IMG/VR virus record: IMGVR_UViG_3300003323_001187
DNA: 64,000 nucleotides
Direction: 5' to 3' (one strand)
DNA from: a virus
The notes beneath the pieces are model-generated. The model was not told where the DNA came from. It saw only the letters and a program-made list of their open reading frames with translations, and ran no database searches. The translations under genes and the position numbers were made by a program. Positions within the stretch are counted from its first letter, which is position 1. Every line of letters starts with the position of its first letter. Below, piece by piece: positions 22,047-33,088 of this stretch.

Positions 22047-24368
22047 ATGTCTGACGTAAAGAATAGGTTGATTCGGGAAAGTCATTTGGATTTTCTTTCA
22101 GAGCTCCATGAAAGTGGCGTCATTTTACCTCCAAATCAATATGACCAGCTGGTTGCCGGTAAAAGAATCATCCTTGGTCCAGAAAAAAAAGCAAAAAGCC
22201 CTAAATACAAGGATCGGGCAGTGATGCCAGACATCAAGACAGATGTCCAAAAACGGGCCGACTCGAGAATTGACATTGTTGATCGACTGGAGGACATACC
22301 AGGCTACGATGAAAATCGTAGGCACATCATAATGGCCAATGAGAGCTATGACAGGCTGGCTGAAACATCCCTATTTCAATACAATGGCGGAAAGACAATA
22401 ACGTCTGAGGATTGGAGACCTAAGAGTAAGATCGATCACACTCAGGAATTTGTTCACTGGATAAACTCGATTAACAGAGGTTTTCAGACGATGGTTAGGT
22501 ACAAGCTTTTTGCAATGTACTGCCAGCAGTCAAAGGATTGGCTCGATGAGGGCGGATCGATTTATGAATACTATGATCGTGACAAAAGATTAGAGTACGC
22601 TCATCGGGAATTTAGGAGATGCAAGGAAAACACCTTGTATTTCATGGATAAGTACCTGATGTTAAAGGAGGGTGATGCTTCTTCAGGAATGATGAAGTAT
22701 GACTCGAAACCTGTACACAAAGTTCTATGCTACCTCATAGACTGTGGGTATTCACTCATGATTGGTAAGCCTCGTCAGATTGCGGCGACAACAACCATTG
22801 GTGGCATTGCTCTTTGCAAAACCTTAATGAACAAAAACTTCTTCCTGAAGATGATCGCCCAGGACAAAGAGAAGGTTATCGAGATTTTCGATGATAAGAT
22901 CAAGTATCCGTTCGGGGAGCTCCCGGATTGGATGAAGCCAGAGGTTGGTAACGATACAGGTACCATACTCAGGTTCCAGAAAAAGACAGATAAAAAAGGT
23001 ACAAAAAGGGGTGTTAACTCAAAGCTTCAGGTTGTAGCCCCGTCTGTTTCTGCGATCAACGGTGGAGCACCGCAGCTGGTCCTTGTGGATGAAGCGGGCT
23101 ACATCAAGATCCTTGGTAAAATGATCAAGGAAGCTCGGCCTACAATGTTCATGCAGAATCCTATTACCGGAAAGTTGGAAATGAAGCGTCAAATTATTGT
23201 TTGGGGCACGGCAGGTGAGGTTGATGGCGGTGGGAAGTCCTTTGAAACTGAATATCACAGTGTGTTGAAGCTGTGGAATGACGGCAACTATGAAAGTGGT
23301 ATGATTCCGATATTCTTTGACTACACTACCCGCCCTGGTATGACTGAAGAGCACTTTCGGAACGAGAAAAAGGTGTACACTGTTGAAGGACCTGACAAGG
23401 AGACAAAGGCTATCCAGTTCAGACAGGCATACCCCACATCAATCGAGGATATGTTCCTCACTTCATACAAATTGCTGGTCGGGATAGACTGGATCAAGGA
23501 GCAGCAGGAGAGAATCAGAAATTCAGGTTACAAGGTTGAGAGAGGCTACATGGAGCCAATTTATGACCAAACCAAACCAATGGACGAGAACAGCGATGTT
23601 CCGTACAAAATAGTTGGGGCCAGGTTTATTCCTGTTGATGACAGGGATGAAAGAGGTGTAGCATCATGTTGGATACTTCAGCATCCCAAGCAGGGATGGG
23701 ACAACAGGTACTACAAGGGTACTGACCCGATCATGACAGACAATGGCTATTCCAACATGTCATCTGTAGTTTTTGACGCCTATTTCAACACCCCTGTGGC
23801 GATCATGGATTATCGTGATCCTGATCACAAATACACATTCCTTCAGTCGATGCTTCTAGGTATTTATTACGGAGCAAAAAAGATACCGAAGGAACTTGTG
23901 GAGTCCAACATCGGTCAGGCCTACATTGACTACGTTGATAACAAAGGATTCTATGACAGTCTTGTTCACAAACTGGAGATCTATCCGGAAGCTTTGCAGG
24001 GCGGGGGTCAGCACATTGGTATTGATAACCGTACGTTTAGGAACAAGCTCATAATAGACAAGATGTATGAAGTTGTGGCTTCATACGGATCTAAATTCTA
24101 TTTCCCTGTAATATTCGAGCAACTGAAGACCTTTGTCTGTAAAATGAATGACAACGGAAATGAGCAATGGGGACCCGCTGATCCAAGAAAACATCGAGAC
24201 GATGTCTTGTTCGCATTAGCTTTTGCATATATTTGTGCAGAGTCGTTCAAAAGCTTCCGGCCTCCGGTTAAAATTGACTCGAAGGAGAATTCAAGTAAAT
24301 TTGTTGAATATGAACTTCATAGAAACCCGGACGGAACGCTTACAAGAAGAATCAAACCAGTAAGATAA
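22047..24368 (+). CDS. terL: terminase large subunit
   Basis: 773 aa. Walker-A-like GKPRQIAATTT, Walker-B-like QLVLVDEAGY, C-terminal nuclease-sized domain. First large gene of the morphogenesis block. Confidence 0.75.
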   Translation: MSDVKNRLIRESHLDFLSELHESGVILPPNQYDQLVAGKRIILGPEKKAKSPKYKDRAVMPDIKTDVQKRADSRIDIVDRLEDIPGYDENRRHIIMANESYDRLAETSLFQYNGGKTITSEDWRPKSKIDHTQEFVHWINSINRGFQTMVRYKLFAMYCQQSKDWLDEGGSIYEYYDRDKRLEYAHREFRRCKENTLYFMDKYLMLKEGDASSGMMKYDSKPVHKVLCYLIDCGYSLMIGKPRQIAATTTIGGIALCKTLMNKNFFLKMIAQDKEKVIEIFDDKIKYPFGELPDWMKPEVGNDTGTILRFQKKTDKKGTKRGVNSKLQVVAPSVSAINGGAPQLVLVDEAGYIKILGKMIKEARPTMFMQNPITGKLEMKRQIIVWGTAGEVDGGGKSFETEYHSVLKLWNDGNYESGMIPIFFDYTTRPGMTEEHFRNEKKVYTVEGPDKETKAIQFRQAYPTSIEDMFLTSYKLLVGIDWIKEQQERIRNSGYKVERGYMEPIYDQTKPMDENSDVPYKIVGARFIPVDDRDERGVASCWILQHPKQGWDNRYYKGTDPIMTDNGYSNMSSVVFDAYFNTPVAIMDYRDPDHKYTFLQSMLLGIYYGAKKIPKELVESNIGQAYIDYVDNKGFYDSLVHKLEIYPEALQGGGQHIGIDNRTFRNKLIIDKMYEVVASYGSKFYFPVIFEQLKTFVCKMNDNGNEQWGPADPRKHRDDVLFALAFAYICAESFKSFRPPVKIDSKENSSKFVEYELHRNPDGTLTRRIKPVR

Positions 24369-25003
24369 TGGGACAAGACGAACAAAATGTTGTAGTGCAG
24401 GACATCACAATAAGTGACTTTAGCATATTTATGCCCAAGACATCCAGCTCTGTTTTTTCCGATTATCCAGAACTTAAACAGTATCCAGAATTCAAAGTAT
24501 TGACCAATAATGACATGCTTTTTGTTTGGTACATGGCATGTCAGGCTTCTCCCCTTCACAAAATTACAAGTGACGCAAAGAGAGCTAAGTATGCCGTTGA
24601 GTTTGCATATAGGAATGTGCTATCAAAAGAATTGGATCGGAAAAAACTTGCAAATTTGGAAGCCGGACATTGGGGTGATAAGATTGCAGATGCAATACAG
24701 CGTATGCGAAGCTTCAGAATAGGCCCAAGAATACGGGCGCTTCAAATTCTTGAAAAGGGCTTCGAGAATCTGGAAAAAATCATTAATACTGACGCTTCTG
24801 ATCAGACATTGTTTCAAAATGCAAACGGAGAGTTTGATTTCGGAAAGTACAAGGCATTTGTAGATTGCGTAGAAAAGGCGACAAAGATGATGCCGGATTT
24901 GATCAAGCAAATTGAGTCAGGATTTAGTGTTGTAAGAAAGGAAGAAGAAGCACAAGAATTTGACATGTCATTCCTTGATGGGTTTCATGAAGAAAACGAT
25001 TGA
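24368..25003 (+). CDS. hypothetical protein
   Basis: 211-aa ORF between TerL and the portal; ATG overlaps the TerL stop. Confidence 0.6.
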   Translation: MGQDEQNVVVQDITISDFSIFMPKTSSSVFSDYPELKQYPEFKVLTNNDMLFVWYMACQASPLHKITSDAKRAKYAVEFAYRNVLSKELDRKKLANLEAGHWGDKIADAIQRMRSFRIGPRIRALQILEKGFENLEKIINTDASDQTLFQNANGEFDFGKYKAFVDCVEKATKMMPDLIKQIESGFSVVRKEEEAQEFDMSFLDGFHEEND

Positions 25004-25008
25004 CGATA

Positions 25009-27249
25009 ATGTTTATACTTTCAGCCAATCCGAATAAGCCGAACCGGCTTACCGTAGAAAATAAGGACGAAAATGTCCAGTATCACCTTGATTACGCAAG
25101 GTGGATCGTAGCCAATTCTTATAATGAGAAGCACAACTTATGGCTCAGGCGCATAGAAATCAATCGCAACTTCTACATGAACAATCAATGGATCATGGAT
25201 GAAGACACGATTGCATTTTTGATGGACACTACAGGCCAAACAAGAAACAGGATCAAGATCCGCCACAACCTTATTCGCCCGATGGTCGAGCAGTATCGTG
25301 GTAATGCCGTGATCATGAAGATAAATGCCAGCCTGAAAAACATATCTCCGTTAAGCGTGAACAGAAGGGAGAATCTTCTTTCTGAAAAAATATTCAAGAC
25401 AAGGGTTGCAAACGAGTTTCCTTGGATTGGTCAGCAGATGAGAAAGAAAGATGGATCCATTGGAGAAGACGAAACTGAAACCACACAGATTTTCGAGAAT
25501 CTCTATGTTGACGATTACGTAAAGCAGATGAACAAGCTTCTCCGTTACGTTTCTTACCTGAACGAATTTGCTGACAAGCAAACAAAAGTGGCGGAAAACC
25601 TTGCCACAACAGGTCTAATCGCATCTGAAGCCTTTAATCATGGAGGCGATCGTAGGTACGAACTTCTGGAATCCGATGACTGCTACTGGGACAGGAACGC
25701 CAGGAAGAATGATTTAACCGACGCCTCATTCTGTGGTTACATGAAGGATCTTGACCCCTCTTATATCAATGAGAGGTGGCAGCTTGATCCTGACCAAGCA
25801 AATGCCATTGAACGGTACACAGAGGTTTGGTCTTCTGGGAATATGATGATGAACTCAATATCCAACAGATCGGTAAATGCCTACAGAATACCTACATACA
25901 ATTCGTTTTGGAAGGATACAGAACGTTGTGAGATGGGATACATCAAAGACGAGTTCGATTATCCAATGCTGGTCAAGGTTAACTACGTATACCCTGGTGA
26001 TACGGAGCCGAGGTATACAGATTCGGACCTTATTGATCCGCCTGACACAAATCAAAACAAAAAGGCATTCAAGGGAAAGAAAAAGATCAGTAGATACCTG
26101 GACTATGTACGTTTTTGTCGATTCATTCCAGGCGAGTGTGTGGGCCCGGCATACCAAGACTATAATCCATCAAAAAAATCGATGGAATATGACATTCCTC
26201 TTGAGTATGGCAGACTTGAGTACCAGTCTATCGATCAGATGGATTATAACAATGTCAAATTTCCAATAAAGTTCCAGACTTGGGGTTATTTGAATGGGGA
26301 CGTATTCAGTCCCATCGATGATGCTATCGACCCGCAACGATTCATCAACAGGGTGCTTTCTGTCACAGAGCAATTGATAAATAACTCAGGAGGATCAGGC
26401 ATGGTGGTGGATGAAGACAGCTTGTCCGACGGACCGGCTTCTTTGGCGAAGGTTTATACAGATTCAAAGGAAGGAAAGCCTATTAGCGTTCGTACTCGAG
26501 GTAAGGGCATTACAAACACCGTTGGCTACTATGACAACACACCGAAAGCCGGAACATATGGCATGTTCAACGTCATACCAATAATCAAGCAAATGATGAC
26601 AGATACTTCTGGCATCAATGAAGGTCTGAAGGGTGAATCTACAGGATCCGACCAGTTGGTAGGTGTAACGGAACTGTTAATCCAGAGAGGTTCTTTAATG
26701 CAAGAGCCGTTTTATTATGCCATGAGGAATTTTTTCCTGCAGCTGTATCAGGATGCAGCGACGGTCGGAAAAAGATTTTATCTGGACAATGAACGAGAGC
26801 TTTCAATTATAACCGGAGATGAAGGGGTTGAGACTCTCAAGCTTTCCAAAGACCTCGAGAACGAAGACTTCCGGGCCTTCGTCACGCAGGAAAACAGCGA
26901 TGAGACGCTGAAATCTCAGGCTAATCAAATGTTAATGGCCCTCTACCAATATCAATTAATTGATGAAAAAGGATTCGCAGATTTGTATAACAGGGCTACT
27001 CCTGATGATGTTACAATGAAGCTGAGATCTCAGGTTGGAATAAGAGCTGAAGCAGCCAGAAGACAAGCCAAAGAGCAAGCAGAAGCTCAAAGATTTGCAC
27101 TTTCTCAGCAGCAGCAGTATGCAGAGAGAGAAAGAAACGATCAAATCAACGAACAGAATCAAAATGCTGCTATACAGTTTGGAAAGCAGAATGTTGACTT
27201 GGCCAAAGCCGTCATGTCTGCATCGCCTCAAGAAAAGGCAGCTACGTAA
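25009..27249 (+). CDS. portal protein (putative)
   Basis: 746 aa from the ATG at 25009. Called from size, position after TerL, and the Gln/Glu-rich coiled C-terminus. Confidence 0.6.
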   Translation: MFILSANPNKPNRLTVENKDENVQYHLDYARWIVANSYNEKHNLWLRRIEINRNFYMNNQWIMDEDTIAFLMDTTGQTRNRIKIRHNLIRPMVEQYRGNAVIMKINASLKNISPLSVNRRENLLSEKIFKTRVANEFPWIGQQMRKKDGSIGEDETETTQIFENLYVDDYVKQMNKLLRYVSYLNEFADKQTKVAENLATTGLIASEAFNHGGDRRYELLESDDCYWDRNARKNDLTDASFCGYMKDLDPSYINERWQLDPDQANAIERYTEVWSSGNMMMNSISNRSVNAYRIPTYNSFWKDTERCEMGYIKDEFDYPMLVKVNYVYPGDTEPRYTDSDLIDPPDTNQNKKAFKGKKKISRYLDYVRFCRFIPGECVGPAYQDYNPSKKSMEYDIPLEYGRLEYQSIDQMDYNNVKFPIKFQTWGYLNGDVFSPIDDAIDPQRFINRVLSVTEQLINNSGGSGMVVDEDSLSDGPASLAKVYTDSKEGKPISVRTRGKGITNTVGYYDNTPKAGTYGMFNVIPIIKQMMTDTSGINEGLKGESTGSDQLVGVTELLIQRGSLMQEPFYYAMRNFFLQLYQDAATVGKRFYLDNERELSIITGDEGVETLKLSKDLENEDFRAFVTQENSDETLKSQANQMLMALYQYQLIDEKGFADLYNRATPDDVTMKLRSQVGIRAEAARRQAKEQAEAQRFALSQQQQYAERERNDQINEQNQNAAIQFGKQNVDLAKAVMSASPQEKAAT

Positions 27250-27258
27250 TTTTTTTCT

Positions 27259-27294
27259 TTTTGTTTCACCTAAAAACAAAAAAATATATATTTG
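27259..27294 (+). promoter_or_regulatory. candidate late promoter (TTTG...TATATTTG)
   Basis: -7 box TATATTTG at 27287-27294, 20 nt upstream of the scaffold ATG. TTTG lies about 23 nt upstream of the box. Confidence 0.4.
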
Positions 27295-27313
27295 TTTCAA
27301 GTTTTCATGAATT

Positions 27314-28609
27314 ATGGCAGAAGAATCTACAACTACACAGGGTACAGGGGAACAATCTGCATCAACACCGGATCTCTCCAGGATGGCAAGGATTGCCGCT
27401 GTGACTGGGAGCCAGGAGTTGGCGCAATATGTAAGCAATAAAGCTGCTTCTGCTGAGACTAAACAGGCTCAGCAACCAAATATAAAAGTTGAAACAGGGG
27501 CCTCGTTAAATCTCTTCCCGACATCGGAACAAGAGAAGGTCGACGCCCCAAACAACCAACAAGAGGCAAGTAAATCTCAGGATGTTTCAAAAGAAACTAC
27601 TCCTGCAGCAGACTCAAAAGAAGAAAAAAAGGAAAGCTCTGAAGATGACGTCTTTTTGGAGCACAGCCTTTTTGGTGGAAAATTCGACCCTAAAAAAGGT
27701 AAAAAAGATGGCGTAGAGGGAAAAGAAACGCCAGGAGTAAACCTCACTACGGTCGATGGAGTAGCCGATCTTGTTAAGAGCAAGCTGGGGGTTGATTCTA
27801 TCGAAAAGCTCCCTGAGAAAATTGAATCGATTGTTGCCTCACAGGCCAAGTTGGCGGATCTCGAAAATCAAATGAACAACATTTCGAAAATGTTCAGCGA
27901 GATGGATCCGCAGCTCTATCAAATGATCACAACATGGCAGAGCGGAGGCAATTGGAAAGAATTGGCAAGCAATTCGATCGTCGATTACGGAAAGGATGTC
28001 AAATCGTATGATTCAAAGACCCTGGTCAATGCAATCATGCCCGGCAAAGTTTCCGAAGCAGAATGGGAGGAGTACTCGCAGTCTGATTGCGACCCAAAAA
28101 CAAAGGCATTTGTAGATTTGGCGATCGCAACAGCTCAAGAGAAATTCGTCTCGAAATCAAACAGTATTAAAAGTGAATCAGAAAAACTGGTCGCTGAAAA
28201 TGCTCAAAGAGCTCAAAGAGTAGAGGCATCTATTCTTGCCAGCCAGAATTACCTTGCATCAAAGTATCCTGATGCAGACAAGGCTTACCTCACAGCTGTT
28301 GCTGATGACTTCAAAACAGGAAAGGTTTGGAATCTCTTCCTCAATGAAGATGGAACTCTCAAAGAGGATGCTTTCCTGAGAGTAGCAATGGCCAGAGATG
28401 GGCAAAATCTTCTTGAGCAATCCCTAAAGATGCTCGAGAACCGAAAAGAATCTATAGGAAACCAAGCTATCATGAATCATGTAGCAGATACTCCGTCAGG
28501 GCAAAAAGGAAGCTCTGGATCAGCAGGACAGACAGGAATAAGACCAGCAGTACAGGAAAAACTAAATTTCATCACTGGAAACAGAAAAACCAAGCAGTTT
28601 CATTTCTGA
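27314..28609 (+). CDS. scaffolding protein (putative)
   Basis: 431 aa, acidic, low-complexity/coiled, directly upstream of the capsid gene. Confidence 0.5.
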   Translation: MAEESTTTQGTGEQSASTPDLSRMARIAAVTGSQELAQYVSNKAASAETKQAQQPNIKVETGASLNLFPTSEQEKVDAPNNQQEASKSQDVSKETTPAADSKEEKKESSEDDVFLEHSLFGGKFDPKKGKKDGVEGKETPGVNLTTVDGVADLVKSKLGVDSIEKLPEKIESIVASQAKLADLENQMNNISKMFSEMDPQLYQMITTWQSGGNWKELASNSIVDYGKDVKSYDSKTLVNAIMPGKVSEAEWEEYSQSDCDPKTKAFVDLAIATAQEKFVSKSNSIKSESEKLVAENAQRAQRVEASILASQNYLASKYPDADKAYLTAVADDFKTGKVWNLFLNEDGTLKEDAFLRVAMARDGQNLLEQSLKMLENRKESIGNQAIMNHVADTPSGQKGSSGSAGQTGIRPAVQEKLNFITGNRKTKQFHF

Positions 28610-28641
28610 TTTCATGATAAGTTTTTTCAAAGAACGTTAAA

Positions 28642-29913
28642 ATGTCAAACATTAACTACATCCCGGGCCAAGGTAACGCGCCTTTCGGGAACCTGAACAC
28701 AAACCCGCAGGGTTCATTTTACGGAGCGGAGTCCGAGTACTCTCCGGCAGAAACCGATCTGATCCGCAAAGCCATTTACGGCAAGATTTTCGATGCCGCA
28801 CCTGCACAATTCAATTCGCTCAAAGTAGCATTTTCAAAGGATTTTGAAGATGTTCTTTCTGACGAGCATGAATACAAAGAAAACACATTCGGACGCAGCG
28901 CGATCGTTGCTGCAGGTAACGTGGGTGCCCAGGCTGCCTCGCCAGGAACGCACCAAACGCAAACAATTCCGCTTACGGCCCCTTCGCTTCAGCGAGTTAC
29001 CCGTGACCTGATCATTATCTATCCTGATGGAACGCATGGCGTCATCACGCAGGTTTCAGGAAACAATGCTACCGTAAACTCCCTTACCAATGCCGGACTT
29101 CCTGCAGTTGCAACAGGTGATACATTCGCGATCCAATCTACGATCCGTGCAGACGGCATGGATTACATTTCCAACTATGAACGCCTCGATGTTGTAACTC
29201 GTTACAATTACGTTCAGTTCTTCATGCGTGCTCAAAGATGGACGCCGATCGAAATGCAGAAGTACATCAACCTGGGCACTACAGATTATCTGGAGCGAGA
29301 CAAGGAACAGAAGATGAAGCAGCTTCGCATCGACATCTTCAACTCGTTCTGGAATGGCCAGCGCGGGGAGTACACGATCAGCAACGGTTACGTGGCAAAA
29401 GCGATGGGTGGTATCTACCCGCTCATGGTTCAGGCCGGTGCCGCAAACCCAACAACTACAGTTGCTGGACTCCAGTCGACTTTTGAGGCGACTGCCTTCC
29501 AAACGAACTTCAAAACCGAAGGTGGAGTTCGATTCATTTACGGAACGGATGAGATCCTCAATGAATTCTCGAAAATCTACAAACAGCCGGGTCTCCGTTA
29601 TCAGCCCGACAACGAGCTGGCAAACCTCAACCTCAAATACATTGAGCTTGGAACGATGAAATTCGTCCTTGTTCCATGCGAACTGTGGAGAGAGGAGTCG
29701 TGTTTCACGTCGGACTGGGCTCGTCGTGTTATCGTTCTGGACCAGGAAACTGTTCAGCCGGTAAAAATGAAGGGCTTCCCTGCCATGGATATGGGAGAGA
29801 CGAACGACATGAGCAAAGGCGAGTACCGTGACTGGACCGATTTCTGGGTGAAGGCTCAGTTCTCGATCCGATTCAATAACCCTCCAGGATCATTCATCAT
29901 CAACATCCTGTAA
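28642..29913 (+). CDS. major capsid protein (putative)
   Basis: 423 aa; position after the scaffold, followed by a strong hairpin terminator. Confidence 0.6.
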   Translation: MSNINYIPGQGNAPFGNLNTNPQGSFYGAESEYSPAETDLIRKAIYGKIFDAAPAQFNSLKVAFSKDFEDVLSDEHEYKENTFGRSAIVAAGNVGAQAASPGTHQTQTIPLTAPSLQRVTRDLIIIYPDGTHGVITQVSGNNATVNSLTNAGLPAVATGDTFAIQSTIRADGMDYISNYERLDVVTRYNYVQFFMRAQRWTPIEMQKYINLGTTDYLERDKEQKMKQLRIDIFNSFWNGQRGEYTISNGYVAKAMGGIYPLMVQAGAANPTTTVAGLQSTFEATAFQTNFKTEGGVRFIYGTDEILNEFSKIYKQPGLRYQPDNELANLNLKYIELGTMKFVLVPCELWREESCFTSDWARRVIVLDQETVQPVKMKGFPAMDMGETNDMSKGEYRDWTDFWVKAQFSIRFNNPPGSFIINIL

Positions 29914-29925
29914 GAAAAAACGAAT

Positions 29926-29948
29926 AGGGCTCCTTTACCGGGAGCCCT
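29926..29948 (+). terminator. hairpin terminator after the capsid gene
   Basis: AGGGCTCC-TTTACCG-GGAGCCCT followed by TATTTAAAA. Confidence 0.55.
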
Positions 29949-29968
29949 TATTTAAAACAATCAGAATT

Positions 29969-30793
29969 ATGGCATTGGAAGAATTCGACGGAAAGGCAGA
30001 AGAGACAGCAAAAGACAACCAGTCTGCCCCAACACAGCAGGTATCATCAATTGATCCCGCTATTCAAAAGATCATTGATTTGCAGCAACAACAGATTGAT
30101 AGCCTGAAGCAGCAGATTCAATCCGGCTCTTTTGGAGCAGAAGCAAGCGCTGCTGCTATTGCTGAAGCAATGAGACCGCTTTATGAAAGAATGGGGGACT
30201 CAAACATTATTGACAAAGACACTCGTCAATTCAGGTTCGACAACGTGGCCGTTGTGGATGACCCTGATGACGCCCTTCCTCTGGACGAACAGGTTTCTTT
30301 TGTTTCGTACATGACATACAATGTCATTACGAGCGACAAAAGGAATGGGGTACAGGTACCGGCTCCAATAAATAAAATCCAATTCATTTATGATTCGACA
30401 AAACGAATCCAGAATGGAAAGGACACTGAGATGGTCCACATGTCAGTATACACATGCCGGTCCCGAAAAGAGCTCAAGTGGCTTCGCGAGCATACGCTGT
30501 TCAACGTAGATTTCTTTGATCACATCAAGGGAGCGCTGGCCGATGAAGCAAAAATGGCCCGTAAGATCTCCAATATCATGATGACGCTCAGAACAATGAA
30601 TGTTCATCAGCTGATCGCCATGGCCGACTCAAACGAACTCAAAAACTACCGGGGGCTGGATATCGATGATTTGCGCGTTACAATCGCCTCTCAAATGGCC
30701 GAGAAGCAAAAGAAGGCCGAAGAGGTCAATCAGACACGTCTTTTGAATGAGACCGCCCTGGAGATGGAGTTCAAAAACAATATCGAACATTAA
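29969..30793 (+). CDS. virion structural protein (hypothetical)
   Basis: 274-aa ORF in the head/neck region. Confidence 0.6.
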   Translation: MALEEFDGKAEETAKDNQSAPTQQVSSIDPAIQKIIDLQQQQIDSLKQQIQSGSFGAEASAAAIAEAMRPLYERMGDSNIIDKDTRQFRFDNVAVVDDPDDALPLDEQVSFVSYMTYNVITSDKRNGVQVPAPINKIQFIYDSTKRIQNGKDTEMVHMSVYTCRSRKELKWLREHTLFNVDFFDHIKGALADEAKMARKISNIMMTLRTMNVHQLIAMADSNELKNYRGLDIDDLRVTIASQMAEKQKKAEEVNQTRLLNETALEMEFKNNIEH

Positions 30794-30803
30794 AAAATGA
30801 CGA

Positions 30804-31562
30804 ATGATCAGTGTTCAAACAATCGTAGACAGAATGCGGGCCGTTTTGGACGCTGAGAACTCTGATCGTTATACTTTCGACCAAGATTTTCGGCCTGCAA
30901 TCAACTCTTCCATAGAATGGTTGCAGGCCGTTTTCAATAAGGCTTTTGCTGAAAAGAAATTGACAGAGGAGAACCTTAGAGATTTAATAATCAAGGTCGT
31001 GTACCAAACAAACTCTTTTTCAAGAGTAAACTTCAATGAGCAGGATCTTGGCTTTAAAGTTTGGTCTTTGCTCAGCATAAATCCAGAACCAGTTGTATAT
31101 CCATCCTCGGCAACCATAACTCCTGTTTCATCTCCAGAGATATCATTGTATCGATCTGATCTTTCATACGTAAAAGGCAGATACAGTGCCAAACGATTGA
31201 CGCTGGAGGAATGGGAAGAGAACGTGGACAATATTTTTGAGGCGGGGAATGACAGGCTTTTGAATTCGTTCAAAATATACGCCTTCCTTGGATGGGTGTC
31301 ATATGGATCTACATCGTACCGGGCTGGAGGTCCGGAAACCGAAATAAGACCGGATATCCCGAATCAGTTTGTGGGGATTACTTTTTTGAAATACCCGACA
31401 CCTGTATCTTCAATTACAGATTCTGTAGAGTTTCCAGAAACACTCTTGGATCTTATTTACACGAAGGCGCTGAACTTCATTTCATTCAAGCAAGGTGATC
31501 AGACGAATTTGTATAGTGTAACCAGCCAGGATATCATGATCCTGGTTCAATCAATGATCTGA
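30804..31562 (+). CDS. virion structural protein, connector/adaptor-sized
   Basis: 252-aa ORF. Confidence 0.6.
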   Translation: MISVQTIVDRMRAVLDAENSDRYTFDQDFRPAINSSIEWLQAVFNKAFAEKKLTEENLRDLIIKVVYQTNSFSRVNFNEQDLGFKVWSLLSINPEPVVYPSSATITPVSSPEISLYRSDLSYVKGRYSAKRLTLEEWEENVDNIFEAGNDRLLNSFKIYAFLGWVSYGSTSYRAGGPETEIRPDIPNQFVGITFLKYPTPVSSITDSVEFPETLLDLIYTKALNFISFKQGDQTNLYSVTSQDIMILVQSMI

Positions 31563-31563
31563 C

Positions 31564-32301
31564 ATGGCTTTATCGAAAACAACTTTCAGAACAGTTGTCG
31601 ACGATTTGATGGAGGATTTCCGTCAGATTTTTGATGATAAAAGGCTGCAGAAAACGCAAGTTGCTCATTGGGTCATAATGGTCGGAAACAGGCTGCTCTC
31701 CCAACACATAGGAAAGAGGGATTCTGGTCAGTATCTTCACATTTATGGCAATGTGCCAATTTCTGTTTCCCAGACAACTCAAAACCCGAATATAATTGCC
31801 AAAAGGAAGTACATAGAACTTCCGGCCAACATATTTGATTACAACAAAGACAAGGGAGTTGAATATGTTGCATATTACGATGAAGATGAATGTGGAAACC
31901 CCATCCAGCGCACTTTCAGTCGGACAACTCCAAGCGACCTGGGCAGAATTCAGGATTCTACCTATGAAAAACCTACACCCGAGAATCCATTCTGGTACCG
32001 GGCTGGAGATAACATATTTCTTGTCGGCATTGAGTGCATAAACCCAAAAGCGATAGAGATAGGCATTTACTCCACGCTTAGACCGATCACAGATCCTGAA
32101 ACAGAGCTTGACGCACCAGTTGGCCTTCCAGAGGAATTGCTGATCCAGGTAAAAAGACAGGTTCTTGACCTTGGAAGATTTGTTATGATGACACCGGAGG
32201 AAAGAACAAATGATGGAGACGACAGTGCTCCTAAGCCTCAATTGATGGGCAAGATCACATCCGTAGCTGAGCTTGCAGCTGATTCACCACAAAAAGAATA
32301 A
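31564..32301 (+). CDS. virion structural protein, connector/adaptor-sized
   Basis: 245-aa ORF with natural composition; the 223-aa antisense ORF is a shadow. Confidence 0.6.
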   Translation: MALSKTTFRTVVDDLMEDFRQIFDDKRLQKTQVAHWVIMVGNRLLSQHIGKRDSGQYLHIYGNVPISVSQTTQNPNIIAKRKYIELPANIFDYNKDKGVEYVAYYDEDECGNPIQRTFSRTTPSDLGRIQDSTYEKPTPENPFWYRAGDNIFLVGIECINPKAIEIGIYSTLRPITDPETELDAPVGLPEELLIQVKRQVLDLGRFVMMTPEERTNDGDDSAPKPQLMGKITSVAELAADSPQKE

Positions 32302-32305
32302 AACG

Positions 32306-33088
32306 ATGACTTTTTCGCCCGATAACATGATAACTATTGGGGACATACTGGCAGATGTCCTGAAGGTGGTTGGTGATTCAAATTTTAGAGTGAGTAGCAA
32401 GGGATGGTATACGTCTCAAATACAGCAGGCCCTTGAAGAACTTTCGTTCGATACGTTGTTTTTGACAAAATCAGAAATCTTTGATATACCAAAGAATCTT
32501 CGAATCAAAACGCCAAAAGGAGCCTTCAACATCAAGCAGATATATGCTTTCAATGGTGATCACTGTAATTTTGAAAACAGGCATAATGTCTATCACAAAA
32601 GAGACTTTATAAATTCCGAAAGTGGGCATACTTTTGTAGCCAGGAACACTGGAAGAAACAATCATGATCCTTTCTATAGAAACAGGATGAATCAAGGCGT
32701 TCACCATCATGATCTTCGTCAGAACCTTTTGTTTTATGGTGTGCAAAATGGAGTTATTATGCTCAGTCCAAGCTGTTCTAACTTTCAAAAAATACTCATT
32801 GAATTTAGCGGAGTGTCATGCGATATTGGTGAAGTTCCATTTGTCCCATCATTTGCAAGGCAAGGTGTAAAGGACTGGGTTTCTGTTCAGGCGCTTCCAT
32901 TGAAAATGGAAAGTGTCATAGATGAGCCTGCTCAATACCGGCATTATGCAGGTATCTTGAGCATGAAAAAACAGGACTTGGATGACATATACGATGGAAG
33001 CTGGGCAAAAGCAAAACGAAGAGCAGGCACGCTTGATGACAAGTTCAGAGAGGACCTCAAGGAGTATTTAACATTTATGAATTACTGA
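32306..33088 (+). CDS. virion structural protein (hypothetical)
   Basis: ATG at 32306 (MTFSPDNM...), 5 nt after the previous stop. Confidence 0.6.
   Translation: MTFSPDNMITIGDILADVLKVVGDSNFRVSSKGWYTSQIQQALEELSFDTLFLTKSEIFDIPKNLRIKTPKGAFNIKQIYAFNGDHCNFENRHNVYHKRDFINSESGHTFVARNTGRNNHDPFYRNRMNQGVHHHDLRQNLLFYGVQNGVIMLSPSCSNFQKILIEFSGVSCDIGEVPFVPSFARQGVKDWVSVQALPLKMESVIDEPAQYRHYAGILSMKKQDLDDIYDGSWAKAKRRAGTLDDKFREDLKEYLTFMNY

Noticed and set aside
26956-27438. 160-aa minus-strand ORF spanning the portal-scaffold junction.
   Set aside because: It overlaps two well-supported plus-strand genes and the candidate promoter between them, and has shadow-ORF composition.
31570-32241. 223-aa ORF antisense to the 245-aa structural gene.
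   Set aside because: Composition is Cys/Phe/Arg/Leu-rich and low in acidic residues. It is fully embedded opposite a natural-looking gene, so it is a typical shadow ORF.
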